Shown here one piece after another: positions 52,820 through 61,973 of a DNA stretch of 64,000 nt. The DNA is from a phage. The translations under genes and the position numbers were made by a program. The stretch's first letter is position 1. The number at the start of each line of letters is the position of its first letter. The notes under the pieces are model-generated. The model was not told where the DNA came from, ran no database searches, and saw only the letters and a list, made by a program, of their open reading frames with translations. Where the stretch lies: sequence record PZ445524.1; one strand, given 5' to 3'.

Positions 52820-53439
52820 TCAACTACCTCAATATCATAAACTTTAAATGTTCCAAATGAATCGTGTAATTTTTCTTTTGAAATAGAAGTTATTCTATAC
52901 TTTCCAATTGGAATCATCCATTCTTGTTCACGCACAATCATCATTAAGTTATCAGTACGCTCTGAATCTAGCCCATCAGTATCTTCATACGTGTACTTGA
53001 ACTCAGTATTAGGAGAAGAAAGTATAATATCGCTGATATGGTCAGAATAATTAAAAGCTTTATCAGTTTTTAAGCGAAGTATTATTTTAGTAAAATATTC
53101 AGCATAAGAAAAAGAACATGCTGTGAGTAAACTAGTAGTAAATGAATCTACCCTGTTCGTTGAAAACACTTCTCCAACTTGTAAATCTTTAATAAGTTCT
53201 TCTGTTGATTTTGATATACCACGATATAACTGATAAGGCGATTTAGTTAAATGCTTTTTAATGATTTTATTCAATTGCCGATGAAGAGCTTCATTCTTTT
53301 TGGCTTCCATACATTGCCAAAGAACAGATTGCTCAAAGTCAGTAAATTTTTCACAGACTTTTTTATACATATCATATTGAAAATCAACGCTTTCAGCTTT
53401 TATAGATAACTGTTCAACATCTGCAAGATTAATAATCAT
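52816..53439 (-). CDS. modB: ADP-ribosyltransferase ModB
   Basis: 207 aa; R-S-ExE pattern (LYRG, STN, EQEWMIP); GGAGG SD; ATGA overlap with modA. Confidence 0.7.
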   Translation of the reverse strand: MIINLADVEQLSIKAESVDFQYDMYKKVCEKFTDFEQSVLWQCMEAKKNEALHRQLNKIIKKHLTKSPYQLYRGISKSTEELIKDLQVGEVFSTNRVDSFTTSLLTACSFSYAEYFTKIILRLKTDKAFNYSDHISDIILSSPNTEFKYTYEDTDGLDSERTDNLMMIVREQEWMIPIGKYRITSISKEKLHDSFGTFKVYDIEVVE

Positions 53440-53461
53440 GATAGCCTCCGTATACTTCAGA

Positions 53462-53495
53462 AGCTATCATATCATCGTTAGGAAGGAAAGTAAAC
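53462..53495 (-). promoter_or_regulatory. early promoter upstream of modB
   Basis: - strand GTTTAC then a -10-like element about 17 nt downstream. Confidence 0.45.
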
Positions 53496-53506
53496 AACTT
53501 TTTGAA

Positions 53507-53689
53507 TTATTTTGCCCAGGGAGCCCAGGGCGGAGGGTCAAGATGGTATGAAGCTAGTTCTTCTAGAAGAGCATCTGGGGCTTCAATTCCATAATTCTGT
53601 AATACTATACGGTACTCTTTCTTATAATCACTAGAATCATTCCGGATATTCGTAGAATGATTATCTTCTAACATCTCAAATAAATCCAT
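53507..53689 (-). CDS. hypothetical acidic protein (60 aa)
   Basis: ATG 53687-53689. Confidence 0.45.
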   Translation of the reverse strand: MDLFEMLEDNHSTNIRNDSSDYKKEYRIVLQNYGIEAPDALLEELASYHLDPPPWAPWAK

Positions 53690-53697
53690 ATTAATTC

Positions 53698-54168
53698 CTA
53701 GCGATAAAAACCAAAATAACGATTAGCTTCAATAATCTTTCTTTCTTCTTCGGACATTCTCCAACGTAGTCCAACATCAAAATGAGCCCAGACCATCTTA
53801 ACAAATGCGTTTATATCTTTAATATCTTCAATAATGAATGTTTTACTTTTAAAAGGCTGACTCGCTAATTTAACTTTATCATCTTCAAACAGGTCAAAAA
53901 GACCATATTCATGAGCTCTTTTATAGCCTTTAATAGTTAAAGCTTCAGAAGAAGAAAACGGTGAATCAGTATCCTGCAAAATATCTTCAGTATGCTTTAT
54001 AATTAGAATAACATTTTCTGGATATTTTCTTTCTTTTATATCTTCAATTAAAAAATCCGGATTTTCTGCTAAAGGAATAATTAATGAGCATTTTTTACCA
54101 AGAGTATTTACTGATTTACCTTCTTTAGACATGAATTCTACTGAATAATGTTTTGCTACTTCAATCAT
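53698..54168 (-). CDS. hypothetical protein (156 aa)
   Basis: ATG with AAAGGAAA SD. Confidence 0.55.
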   Translation of the reverse strand: MIEVAKHYSVEFMSKEGKSVNTLGKKCSLIIPLAENPDFLIEDIKERKYPENVILIIKHTEDILQDTDSPFSSSEALTIKGYKRAHEYGLFDLFEDDKVKLASQPFKSKTFIIEDIKDINAFVKMVWAHFDVGLRWRMSEEERKIIEANRYFGFYR

Positions 54169-54321
54169 GTGATTTCCTTTTGCCTACTAATGGACCATCG
54201 GGAATTTTGTTTTCCTGGATATATTTCTCATTTTCTTCCATCATTTTACGACCAATTTTAAGAAGCAAATCCATTGCTTCATTTGCTTTAGCTTTAGCCT
54301 CTTCTAACGTCATATCTTTGT

Positions 54322-54525
54322 TCATGATTTATCCCCATAGATGTCTCTCATCAATTTAAGCGCTGAGCGCTCTAATTTCTTTTCTTTCTCAGCACTAATC
54401 ATTGATTTCATCCATTCTTCCGATTCGTTCTGCATTTCTTTATTTGCTTGTTCAACCCAACCATCATCAATATACATTGAGTTTGGTCTATTGAACCATT
54501 CAAGAATTTTCTTCAGAACTTTCAT
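54322..54525 (-). CDS. hypothetical protein (67 aa)
   Basis: ATG 54523-54525. Confidence 0.45.
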   Translation of the reverse strand: MKVLKKILEWFNRPNSMYIDDGWVEQANKEMQNESEEWMKSMISAEKEKKLERSALKLMRDIYGDKS

Positions 54526-54985
54526 TTGTTTTACCTAAAACAATAGTAGGATTATCATCAAATTCATGAATTTTGAGTAAATTTGGATTTAAACTATTCC
54601 ATACAGAAGAAATAAAGTATGATAAAGCATCTTCACTCACAATTATAAACTTATTTCCTTTATCTATTTTCCAGTCATATACTGAATCGTACGAATAAAA
54701 AGATAAAGGATTACCATTATATTGTTCTGCGCTAACATTAATGTATTCGGATTTAGTAAATGCTTCAATTGCTCTAAACGGACTATTTGGCACAGTTTCA
54801 ATAATTCCGATCTTTTTAAGTTTTATTTCAACATCTTCTGGAACTGGCATTGAAACGAAATTTTCTACGAGATACATAGGGTTACAATAACCCTTATCAA
54901 TCACTACGGCTACAGTAATTGGAACATCTTTAGCAAACGACATGCTATTACTGCTAATATACATTTCAAACAAAATCGCTTCCAT
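54500..54985 (-). CDS. hypothetical protein (161 aa)
   Basis: ATG 54983-54985 with GAGGAAA SD; size fits T4 mrh, not verified. Confidence 0.5.
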   Translation of the reverse strand: MEAILFEMYISSNSMSFAKDVPITVAVVIDKGYCNPMYLVENFVSMPVPEDVEIKLKKIGIIETVPNSPFRAIEAFTKSEYINVSAEQYNGNPLSFYSYDSVYDWKIDKGNKFIIVSEDALSYFISSVWNSLNPNLLKIHEFDDNPTIVLGKTNESSEENS

Positions 54986-54993
54986 AATTTTCC

Positions 54994-55326
54994 TCAATCA
55001 CAAGATGTAGATGAACAACTAGAATCACAAGAACTTCCACATGAATCGCCCGTCCATACATGAACAGGAACATTAGTATCATATGAATCAGAACTAGACT
55101 GCGCATTAGATGATGTAGTAGGTGTTGACCAGCGCCGAGGATTTTTATAATATTCTTGGGCTTCTTCATAAGTCATAGTAACTGCTTCTACTGTTCCATC
55201 TCCCATATAAACATATTCAACTACAGTTAAAGGAAGGTAGTCATTTGAAATAGGAACTACACCTTCCCCAGGAGTCGTAGAGAAAAAATCCGTAAAGAAA
55301 CTTTTAAACCAATTAAAGATAAACAT
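54994..55326 (-). CDS. hypothetical protein (110 aa) with Cys/Ser-rich C-terminal tail
   Basis: C-terminus [19 protein letters not shown]. Confidence 0.5.
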   Translation of the reverse strand: MFIFNWFKSFFTDFFSTTPGEGVVPISNDYLPLTVVEYVYMGDGTVEAVTMTYEEAQEYYKNPRRWSTPTTSSNAQSSSDSYDTNVPVHVWTGDSCGSSCDSSCSSTSCD

Positions 55327-55532
55327 TACAAAAAGCCTCTTTTGAATTCAACTTGTTTATCGCCATAATCATATCGAATCTCTGCATTAAATTCGACAGA
55401 ACCATCGGCGTACATCATAAATGAATGCACAACAACTTCTGTAGACCATGGTTGTAGTTCATATTTCTTCATTACATGCCGTGAAATGATAATATCTAAA
55501 TCTTCATTCGGTTTAATCCAACGATTTAACAT
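55326..55532 (-). CDS. hypothetical protein (68 aa)
   Basis: ATG with GAGGAGAG SD. Confidence 0.45.
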   Translation of the reverse strand: MLNRWIKPNEDLDIIISRHVMKKYELQPWSTEVVVHSFMMYADGSVEFNAEIRYDYGDKQVEFKRGFL

Positions 55533-55597
55533 AGCGCTCTCCTCTATAAGATAATTCTATTATACCATACTCATTTTGGAAAGTAAACCGTTTAAAT

Positions 55598-55623
55598 GAA
55601 AAAAGGACTCCCGAAGGAGTCCT
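55598..55623 (-). terminator. rho-independent terminator after soc
   Basis: - strand AGGACUCC-UUCG-GGAGUCCU followed by UUUUUUCAUUU. Confidence 0.75.
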
Positions 55624-55630
55624 TGAATTA

Positions 55631-55867
55631 TTAACCACCTATTTCTGTTGGCGTAAACATTGCAGCATTCTTAGTTTTCCAGTCAGCTGCATCAGAAACT
55701 ACAGTAGAATATGCCGCCTTTTCAGAAGGAAAGGTCTGATAATGAGAATCTGCAATACGATGCTCGTTAGAATAGATTTCAAATGGAACAGAAACTTCCA
55801 TACCTTTAACTTCTTTACCTTCACCTGCTGGATGAGTAAAGGTCTTTATATTAACGAAACCACCCAT
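55631..55867 (-). CDS. soc: small outer capsid protein Soc
   Basis: 78 aa; AGGAG SD; late promoter upstream and terminator downstream. Confidence 0.8.
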   Translation of the reverse strand: MGGFVNIKTFTHPAGEGKEVKGMEVSVPFEIYSNEHRIADSHYQTFPSEKAAYSTVVSDAADWKTKNAAMFTPTEIGG

Positions 55868-55898
55868 AATAAACTCCTTTATTGTTTAATTACAGGTG

Positions 55899-55906
55899 TA
55901 TTTATA
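55899..55906 (-). promoter_or_regulatory. late promoter TATAAATA for soc
   Basis: Reverse complement TATAAATA about 30 nt upstream of the soc ATG. Confidence 0.7.
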
Positions 55907-56738
55907 AACCATTTTCAAATCTCTTTATCATGTTTATATAATTTTCGTCAGGATAACCTAGGCTAACTGCTAGCTTTCTAAAATTGACATATTTAGGTTT
56001 GTTGTTATTAATCCATAATTCTCTAAGCTCTTTTTCATAATTCCATTTAAGTTGATTTCTGCGTGCAATTTTGCTTAAAGTTTTTCCTTTAGCTTTTAAA
56101 GCTTTTTCAGATGACTGTTTTAATTTTTGAATATTTAAAACTTCTTCTATAGATAAATTATTTTCCTTTGAATATCTTATGCAAAAATCTTTTACTATGG
56201 CTATTAGGCAATTTTTGTGAGTACCTAAAATTTCTGGATTATTTTCTTCAACTAAAATTCCCCAATACCTTCGATAGCGAGGCATATCCCTTGAAATCCA
56301 GTCATTATACCAAAAATCAAAGTTGGAATACATGAAAGATTTTCTTTTACGAAGAGTATCTTGGTTTATCCATTGCTCACGTTTATCAGCCCATAACTTA
56401 ATAGTAAAGTCTTTCTCTAAGTCAGAAAGCTTCTTAAATTGTGAGCTATTTACTGAGGTCATTCTCTGGAATGCATTCAGCAATCCAAATCTTCCAGTTG
56501 AACATAAGAGATAGTGAACATATATGTGTTGATATATTGGGAGATATACTCTATTCCAAGGATATATTTTAAAATCACTATACTCAGGAAATGCACATTT
56601 AGGAAGTATATGATGGGCTTCTGTTTTAGATTTAATGTGAGTGTTTAACTTATACTTATCTATAATTTTTAAATACTCATCTAAAAGTTCCCATTGCGGG
56701 AACTTTTCTTTAAGAGCAGATTTGAAATTAATATCCAT
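55902..56738 (-). CDS. HNH homing-endonuclease-like protein (Mob-type) adjacent to gene 56
   Basis: 278 aa from ATG 56736-56738; motif EAHHILPKCAFPEY; basic C-terminal region; start overlaps gene 56 3' end by 11 nt. Confidence 0.65.
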   Translation of the reverse strand: MDINFKSALKEKFPQWELLDEYLKIIDKYKLNTHIKSKTEAHHILPKCAFPEYSDFKIYPWNRVYLPIYQHIYVHYLLCSTGRFGLLNAFQRMTSVNSSQFKKLSDLEKDFTIKLWADKREQWINQDTLRKRKSFMYSNFDFWYNDWISRDMPRYRRYWGILVEENNPEILGTHKNCLIAIVKDFCIRYSKENNLSIEEVLNIQKLKQSSEKALKAKGKTLSKIARRNQLKWNYEKELRELWINNNKPKYVNFRKLAVSLGYPDENYINMIKRFENGL

Positions 56739-57246
56739 TATCTTGACGTTCAAAATTATGTTTGTTCTTCAAATAATAAAGTTTAAAGATTTCTTCAGCC
56801 GACATTCCAAGAGCAATAAATTTATTCATGAAAAAGTGAAATTGGTCAATCAGTTCAAATTTAATTTCAAGCTGATCTTCGGGAGATAAATCTTGAATTT
56901 TCTTGGATTGCATTTCAGAATAACGTTTCTTCCAAGGTTTCCATACAGCAGAAGCTTCTTTTTCACCATTACTCATACCACCAAGAGAAGTATATAGCTC
57001 GCGAGTTTCGTCTGCGATATAATCGTCTTGGTTTCGCAGCCAAGCAAGAACTTCTCCTGCAGTTTCAAGTGAATCGGGATGACGATTTGTTTCTGGTTTA
57101 TCATTAGCCAAACGAATCTGTAAATGCCGCTGCATATCAAGCATAACCTGCAATGGGTCTTTTTCATCACCGAGAATATCCCAGTATTCATTTTGAGCTT
57201 TATCAACACCTTCGATCAAATGAGCACATTCATTAAAGTGAGCCAT
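56728..57246 (-). CDS. 56: dCTPase/dUTPase gp56 (MazG-like)
   Basis: 172 aa from MAHFNECAHL; middle-promoter-like element upstream. Confidence 0.85.
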   Translation of the reverse strand: MAHFNECAHLIEGVDKAQNEYWDILGDEKDPLQVMLDMQRHLQIRLANDKPETNRHPDSLETAGEVLAWLRNQDDYIADETRELYTSLGGMSNGEKEASAVWKPWKKRYSEMQSKKIQDLSPEDQLEIKFELIDQFHFFMNKFIALGMSAEEIFKLYYLKNKHNFERQDNGY

Positions 57247-57280
57247 TATTTTTCCTTTCAATTCATGGGTTAGTAGATTA

Positions 57281-57305
57281 ATTATACAATAAATATATAA
57301 AGCAA
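57281..57305 (-). promoter_or_regulatory. MotA-dependent middle promoter for gene 56
   Basis: - strand TTGCTTTA (MotA box) then 11 nt then TATAAT, about 40 nt upstream of the gene 56 ATG. Confidence 0.6.
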
Positions 57306-57317
57306 TAAGGAGGACAT

Positions 57318-57518
57318 ATGGTACAAAAATTAATGGCACTTGTTGATGCCATAAAAGGTAATAAGAAACGTATAGCTTTTACTATTTCTGCTATGGTAGG
57401 AATTTTACTCTGGAACTTTATTTTATCACCTGTTGCAATTGCACATGGTATTAATATTCCAGTAGTTACTCTTGATACATTCGTAGATTTAGCATTTGCT
57501 TTAGTTGGGTTAATTTAA
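57318..57518 (+). CDS. small putative membrane protein (66 aa) on the + strand between genes 56 and 61
   Basis: SD AAGGAGGA then ATG at 57318; two hydrophobic segments; stop overlaps gene 61 stop convergently (TTAA). Confidence 0.45.
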   Translation: MVQKLMALVDAIKGNKKRIAFTISAMVGILLWNFILSPVAIAHGINIPVVTLDTFVDLAFALVGLI

Positions 57519-58543
57519 ATCTTAGCATATTTAGATAGCCGCATTTTAGCCATCAACCCCTGGGCAATATTATTTTTCATATATTCCATAATTTGTTCAG
57601 GGGTTGCACCTTCCTTTCTAATCATATCATTAACATCTTTTGATTTCCAGGGAGATTTATCCCAAAACATAACCCTTTCTCCTGCATCAACTAATTTAGT
57701 CATCCGTTTAATAGTGTCAGGGTGACGAGGTTCATTATCTAAAACCCACACTCGTCTATCTTTAAATGGAACAACTTCTAGGTCTAATTGACCACCCGTA
57801 ATAGCTATACCATTTTCAATAAAAAGTGAATCTATAGGTCCTTCTAGAACATATACATCACCATCTTTAACTCGTTCGACTCCATAGATTTTTGTTGCTT
57901 CAGGATAAGCTTTGATGGTGATATATTTTTGAGGAGCATCTTTCTTTAATGCACGTCCTTGAAAAGACTCAGCTTTTCCATTAGCATTATAAATTGGAAT
58001 AACAAGACGAGGCTCAGAAATTTCCTTTTTATATGTTCCCGGTGCTATGCTATTAACCAATTTAGGCCATTCGGTTGTAAACCAAAGATATTTCCATTTA
58101 TCCTTTGGAATACAACGAGCTTTTACATATTTTATAATTGGATGGTCTTCCGCCAGTTTATCTAATCTAACACATGACGGAAGAGATTTAATTATTTTCT
58201 TCTCAGGTTGTTTAGGAAGTTCTTTAGGTTTTTCTACTGGACGACTTTTACCTTTTTCTTTTCTTATTTCAAAGATATACTCACGATATAAATCAGGTTC
58301 AAACTCCTTTAAATATATTCCGATTGGTGCATGATAGTTACAGTTATAACAATGAATATTTCCTTCATTATTATCACCATAATACCATCCACGGGCTTTA
58401 TTTTGGTCGGTTTTTGAATCTCCACACACTGGGCATCTAAACCGTAATTTAAAAGTTGAACTATTATTTACTTGTGTGAATTTAGGTAAATGAGCTAATG
58501 CACGGTATGCAAACTCATTATCAATCCAAGGTATTGATGACAT
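57515..58543 (-). CDS. 61: DNA primase gp61
   Basis: 342 aa; zinc ribbon CPVCGDS...CYNCNYH plus TOPRIM-like core. Confidence 0.92.
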   Translation of the reverse strand: MSSIPWIDNEFAYRALAHLPKFTQVNNSSTFKLRFRCPVCGDSKTDQNKARGWYYGDNNEGNIHCYNCNYHAPIGIYLKEFEPDLYREYIFEIRKEKGKSRPVEKPKELPKQPEKKIIKSLPSCVRLDKLAEDHPIIKYVKARCIPKDKWKYLWFTTEWPKLVNSIAPGTYKKEISEPRLVIPIYNANGKAESFQGRALKKDAPQKYITIKAYPEATKIYGVERVKDGDVYVLEGPIDSLFIENGIAITGGQLDLEVVPFKDRRVWVLDNEPRHPDTIKRMTKLVDAGERVMFWDKSPWKSKDVNDMIRKEGATPEQIMEYMKNNIAQGLMAKMRLSKYAKI

Positions 58544-58545
58544 TT

Positions 58546-58710
58546 TTACTCTTCTTTTTCTTTAGATTCCTCTTTTTTCTTTTTAGGAATCTGTTCAGGA
58601 CCTTTATTTACTACAGCGCCTGATGTTGTTCCAGTAGAGATATTTTCAGGACTACCACCTGAATCTCCAGCGACCATATCTTCTTTGATAAATTCTTTAT
58701 ATGTTTTCAT
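58546..58710 (-). CDS. small acidic/basic-tailed protein (54 aa)
   Basis: Hand-translated MKTYKEFIKEDMVAGDSGGSPE...KKKKEESKEKEE; stop 2 nt before gene 61 start. Confidence 0.45.
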   Translation of the reverse strand: MKTYKEFIKEDMVAGDSGGSPENISTGTTSGAVVNKGPEQIPKKKKEESKEKEE

Positions 58711-58711
58711 A

Positions 58712-59338
58712 TTAACCTCTATTCATAAAAGCATTAAAAATTTGGTCATCAATAGAAACATTTACTTTAGACTGTTTTTCGGATGGTAATTCATATCCAC
58801 ATATTACAATTTTGTGATCAATATCAAAATACACAGAAGCAATATGATTAATGATATTTTCAGTGAAGTCTAAATCAACATCAATGTCTTTTTGACCAAA
58901 GCCCAAAGGATAAATAATGCGAGTAATTCGATTATCTTTAACAAAGATTCCACCGACATACTCTGTGCTGCGTTTAAAGTCTACACGCCGACGAAATGAA
59001 AAATATTCAGGCTCTTTATGAGCTCGGCTCATAGGGCACAACGAATAACTAGAATAAGAAATGTCAAATCCTACGCCTTCAATATGAACTAAATTGTCAT
59101 GATTAAACCAATTATAATCATATGCCAAGTCCATTAGATTGTCATATGTGAAAGGCACCGGATTAACATCATTGGTCACAAGCATATAATTAGCAACTGC
59201 TATAATTTCATTATTTTTAACGAATACAAACCGTGATTGATGCGAATGGCCTGGACCTGCGTTTTCACGATTAATGATATAACACTGGGCACCTTTATAT
59301 TTGTACGTGTCTTTACACTTGTGCATTTGATAAAGCAT
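58712..59338 (-). CDS. hypothetical protein (208 aa)
   Basis: ATG 59336-59338, 1-nt overlap with upstream stop. Confidence 0.6.
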   Translation of the reverse strand: MLYQMHKCKDTYKYKGAQCYIINRENAGPGHSHQSRFVFVKNNEIIAVANYMLVTNDVNPVPFTYDNLMDLAYDYNWFNHDNLVHIEGVGFDISYSSYSLCPMSRAHKEPEYFSFRRRVDFKRSTEYVGGIFVKDNRITRIIYPLGFGQKDIDVDLDFTENIINHIASVYFDIDHKIVICGYELPSEKQSKVNVSIDDQIFNAFMNRG

Positions 59339-59631
59339 TATTCACCTACCACTTCAGCGATGATATTTTTATTATTAAAGTTTTTATCGCAATACAGAAC
59401 ATAATTATACTGCATTACACCACCAGACTTAAGCTGTTTTTGCACTTCAGCTTTCATTTCAGGACGATCGCGCTCAACGATATTCATAATATCTGCTTCA
59501 ATTTGAGTTTCAACCTCAGTCTGATCCGCAGTCATAGACCATTCGCACAAATCTTTATCATAACCTGCCATAGCAGGCTGAGCAGCACAAGAAGCTAAAG
59601 CAAAAATTGTAGCAAAGATAAATTTTTTCAT
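59338..59631 (-). CDS. sp: Spackle periplasmic protein (superinfection exclusion / lysozyme inhibitor)
   Basis: 97 aa with signal peptide MKKFIFATIFALASCAAQPAMA; GAGGAG SD. Confidence 0.75.
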   Translation of the reverse strand: MKKFIFATIFALASCAAQPAMAGYDKDLCEWSMTADQTEVETQIEADIMNIVERDRPEMKAEVQKQLKSGGVMQYNYVLYCDKNFNNKNIIAEVVGE

Positions 59632-59654
59632 GATAATCTCCTCAGTAGTTTATG

Positions 59655-59688
59655 TTTATATAGTATCTCAATTTCCAACAAAAGTAAA
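59655..59688 (-). promoter_or_regulatory. early promoter for sp
   Basis: - strand GTTTAC ... ATACTA-type -10 upstream of the sp SD. Confidence 0.45.
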
Positions 59689-59691
59689 CAG

Positions 59692-59988
59692 TTATTTTAA
59701 AACTTCTGCATAATCACATGTTACAAACTGTTTCTCTAGCTTAACGATCTTACGAAAATACCTTTTACACTGACGAATCTGTCGCTTCGTAGGACGTACA
59801 GCAAACTTAATAAATTCCACTCGACCAAATGGAGGACTTTCTTCTGCTGGAATATCTAACACCAATTCCCACGTATCGGCAATAAGTGCTTTGAATTGCG
59901 TATTTTTCCTGACGCTATACGGAGTAGGTTTAAATAAAACAATATGCATATTATCCTCGGCAATCCACTTCACATACTTTCTTTTCAT
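59692..59988 (-). CDS. hypothetical basic protein (98 aa)
   Basis: ATG 59986-59988. Confidence 0.5.
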   Translation of the reverse strand: MKRKYVKWIAEDNMHIVLFKPTPYSVRKNTQFKALIADTWELVLDIPAEESPPFGRVEFIKFAVRPTKRQIRQCKRYFRKIVKLEKQFVTCDYAEVLK

Positions 59989-60133
59989 CAATGAAAGCTT
60001 TAACTAATGCTTTATTAACTTCAGCATACTGAGTAGTAGCCCATTGAACGTCATCTTTCATCATTGTGGTTTCTTTAGTAAACATGCTTTCATTCTTAAA
60101 CCACCCCATAAAAACTACCTTTACCAATTCCAT
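59951..60133 (-). CDS. dmd: Dmd antitoxin (inhibitor of host RnlA/LsoA toxins)
   Basis: 60 aa; GAGGAG SD; position directly downstream of gene 41. Confidence 0.75.
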   Translation of the reverse strand: MELVKVVFMGWFKNESMFTKETTMMKDDVQWATTQYAEVNKALVKAFIDEKKVCEVDCRG

Positions 60134-60159
60134 AACAATCTCCTCATTTAACCAACAAG

Positions 60160-60192
60160 ACTACTATACCATAGTCTTGTCAGCTTGTAAAC
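60160..60192 (-). promoter_or_regulatory. early promoter for dmd
   Basis: - strand GTTTAC (overlapping gene 41 stop) ... TATAGT, then SD GAGGAG. Confidence 0.5.
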
Positions 60193-61619
60193 TAAAATTT
60201 TAATTCATTTGCCAAAGCATCTAACTGGGCTCGAGTGGATTCATTTCTTTGATAGCGATTCTGCTCAGCCTGAATCTGTTGTGAACCTGCTACTTCGTTC
60301 ACTTCAGTTGGAGTAGAATCTTGTTCAATTTCTACCCATTTCTGATTTCCTTTTTGAACACCCATCAAAAACTTATTCCATTTGTTCTTATCGCCATATC
60401 GTGATTTGATTTGCTTAATGAGTTGTTGTTCAGCAGCTGCTAACTCCTCGGTTTCAATGACCGCAAGCATAAAATCGGCTGTTGCTGGAAGACCGGCAGA
60501 TTCTGCAATATCGCTCATGTTAACATCAGAAGAATCCCAAGCTTGTTTACCAACCTGTGCTGCAGTCCAAAGAACAGTTTCGGTTTCAACAGCAAGAGCA
60601 CGCAATTCCTCTGCAATAGCTTTAACAGTTGTGTAACTATTTTCTGAATAAACTCTAATGCGGCAAGATTTACAAATACCCAGATAGTCGACAATAATGA
60701 TTGTTGGAACAAAATTCTTCTTGAGCTTCAATTCGTTTAAAAGTGATCGAAATGTATTAGCATCTGCTCCACCGGTAGGATACTGTTTAACGATTAAACG
60801 ACCGAGAGTAGATTTCTCACGCCATTTTTCCATTTTTCCTTTATATTCAGCGTAAGAAATATGCCCATCATCAATGTCATCAAGAGAAACATCAAGCATA
60901 TTAGCATCAATACGCTTAGCACAGACTTCTTCTGCCATTTCCATGGAAATGTAAAGAACATTATGTCCGAGCTGCAAATAATCTGCTGCCAATGAACACA
61001 GACCTAATGACTTACCAACGTTAACGCCAGCCATTAAAACGTTCAGTGTTCCAGTCTCAGCTCCGCCTTTAGTAATTTTGTTTAGAATTCTGAGTTTAAA
61101 TGGAACCTTACGAGCTTTATTCATATAAGATAGCCAACGTGCTTCGTAGTCAGCCATCCAATCATGACCAACGTAGCTATCAAATGAAATTGATAATGCT
61201 TGGCGCATGATGTCAGGAATAGCACCAACATCCGGCATTTTCTTATTTCGTTTTTCCGGAGGAAGCTCAGCATTAGTTTGAATTTCGATTATTTTAGACG
61301 TAGCATTAAACATCGCCCTTTGCTGAACATATTTTTCTGTTTCTTTTACTAACCAGCTGTGGTCTTCCGGAGAATCAGCCAGTTTTGAAATAAGTGTTTT
61401 TACACCAGAATATTCTGTTTCAGTAAATGAACTATTTTCTAATGCAACATTTAACGCATTAATAGATGGAACGCTATGATACTCATTGACATGAGATTTA
61501 ATTAATTTGAATGTATTTTTAGCTGGACCACTTTCAAAATATTCTGAATCCATATATGGCCAAACTTTTGAAAAATAAGCTTGATCAAATATGAGATGAG
61601 AAAGAATAATTTCTACCAC
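60192..61619 (-). CDS. 41: replicative DNA helicase gp41 (DnaB family)
   Basis: 475 aa; Walker A GVNVGKS; GTG start with AAGGAG SD. Confidence 0.93.
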   Translation of the reverse strand: MVEIILSHLIFDQAYFSKVWPYMDSEYFESGPAKNTFKLIKSHVNEYHSVPSINALNVALENSSFTETEYSGVKTLISKLADSPEDHSWLVKETEKYVQQRAMFNATSKIIEIQTNAELPPEKRNKKMPDVGAIPDIMRQALSISFDSYVGHDWMADYEARWLSYMNKARKVPFKLRILNKITKGGAETGTLNVLMAGVNVGKSLGLCSLAADYLQLGHNVLYISMEMAEEVCAKRIDANMLDVSLDDIDDGHISYAEYKGKMEKWREKSTLGRLIVKQYPTGGADANTFRSLLNELKLKKNFVPTIIIVDYLGICKSCRIRVYSENSYTTVKAIAEELRALAVETETVLWTAAQVGKQAWDSSDVNMSDIAESAGLPATADFMLAVIETEELAAAEQQLIKQIKSRYGDKNKWNKFLMGVQKGNQKWVEIEQDSTPTEVNEVAGSQQIQAEQNRYQRNESTRAQLDALANELKF

Positions 61620-61628
61620 ACTTACTCC

Positions 61629-61973
61629 TTAAAAGAATTTAAATTTTTTCTTTGACCTTTTATTAAATGCATCTTGTAGTTGCATTGTAATACATTTTTC
61701 TACATGAGGAGCTAACTCAGCTTTTCTTTCTTGGTCAAGAACAGCAAAGTCCATTACAACCTTTCCATCAACCCAATCCAGTTTAGTTACATACACTATA
61801 TGTGTAGAACCATCTTCTAGTTTAATGACAATCTCCTGGATAACATTTTCCATAGCGGATTTAATTATCTTAAGAGACTCATTAAAAAGACGTTCTTTTC
61901 TTTCTTCTTCCCCCTCCGAAGAGGGGGATTCATCGATAATTTCTAGATCTAAATCTAAATCATCTTTATTCAT
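61629..61973 (-). CDS. 40: putative head vertex assembly protein gp40
   Basis: 114 aa from ATG 61971-61973, overlapping uvsX 3' end; acidic; positional call. Confidence 0.6.
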   Translation of the reverse strand: MNKDDLDLDLEIIDESPSSEGEEERKERLFNESLKIIKSAMENVIQEIVIKLEDGSTHIVYVTKLDWVDGKVVMDFAVLDQERKAELAPHVEKCITMQLQDAFNKRSKKKFKFF

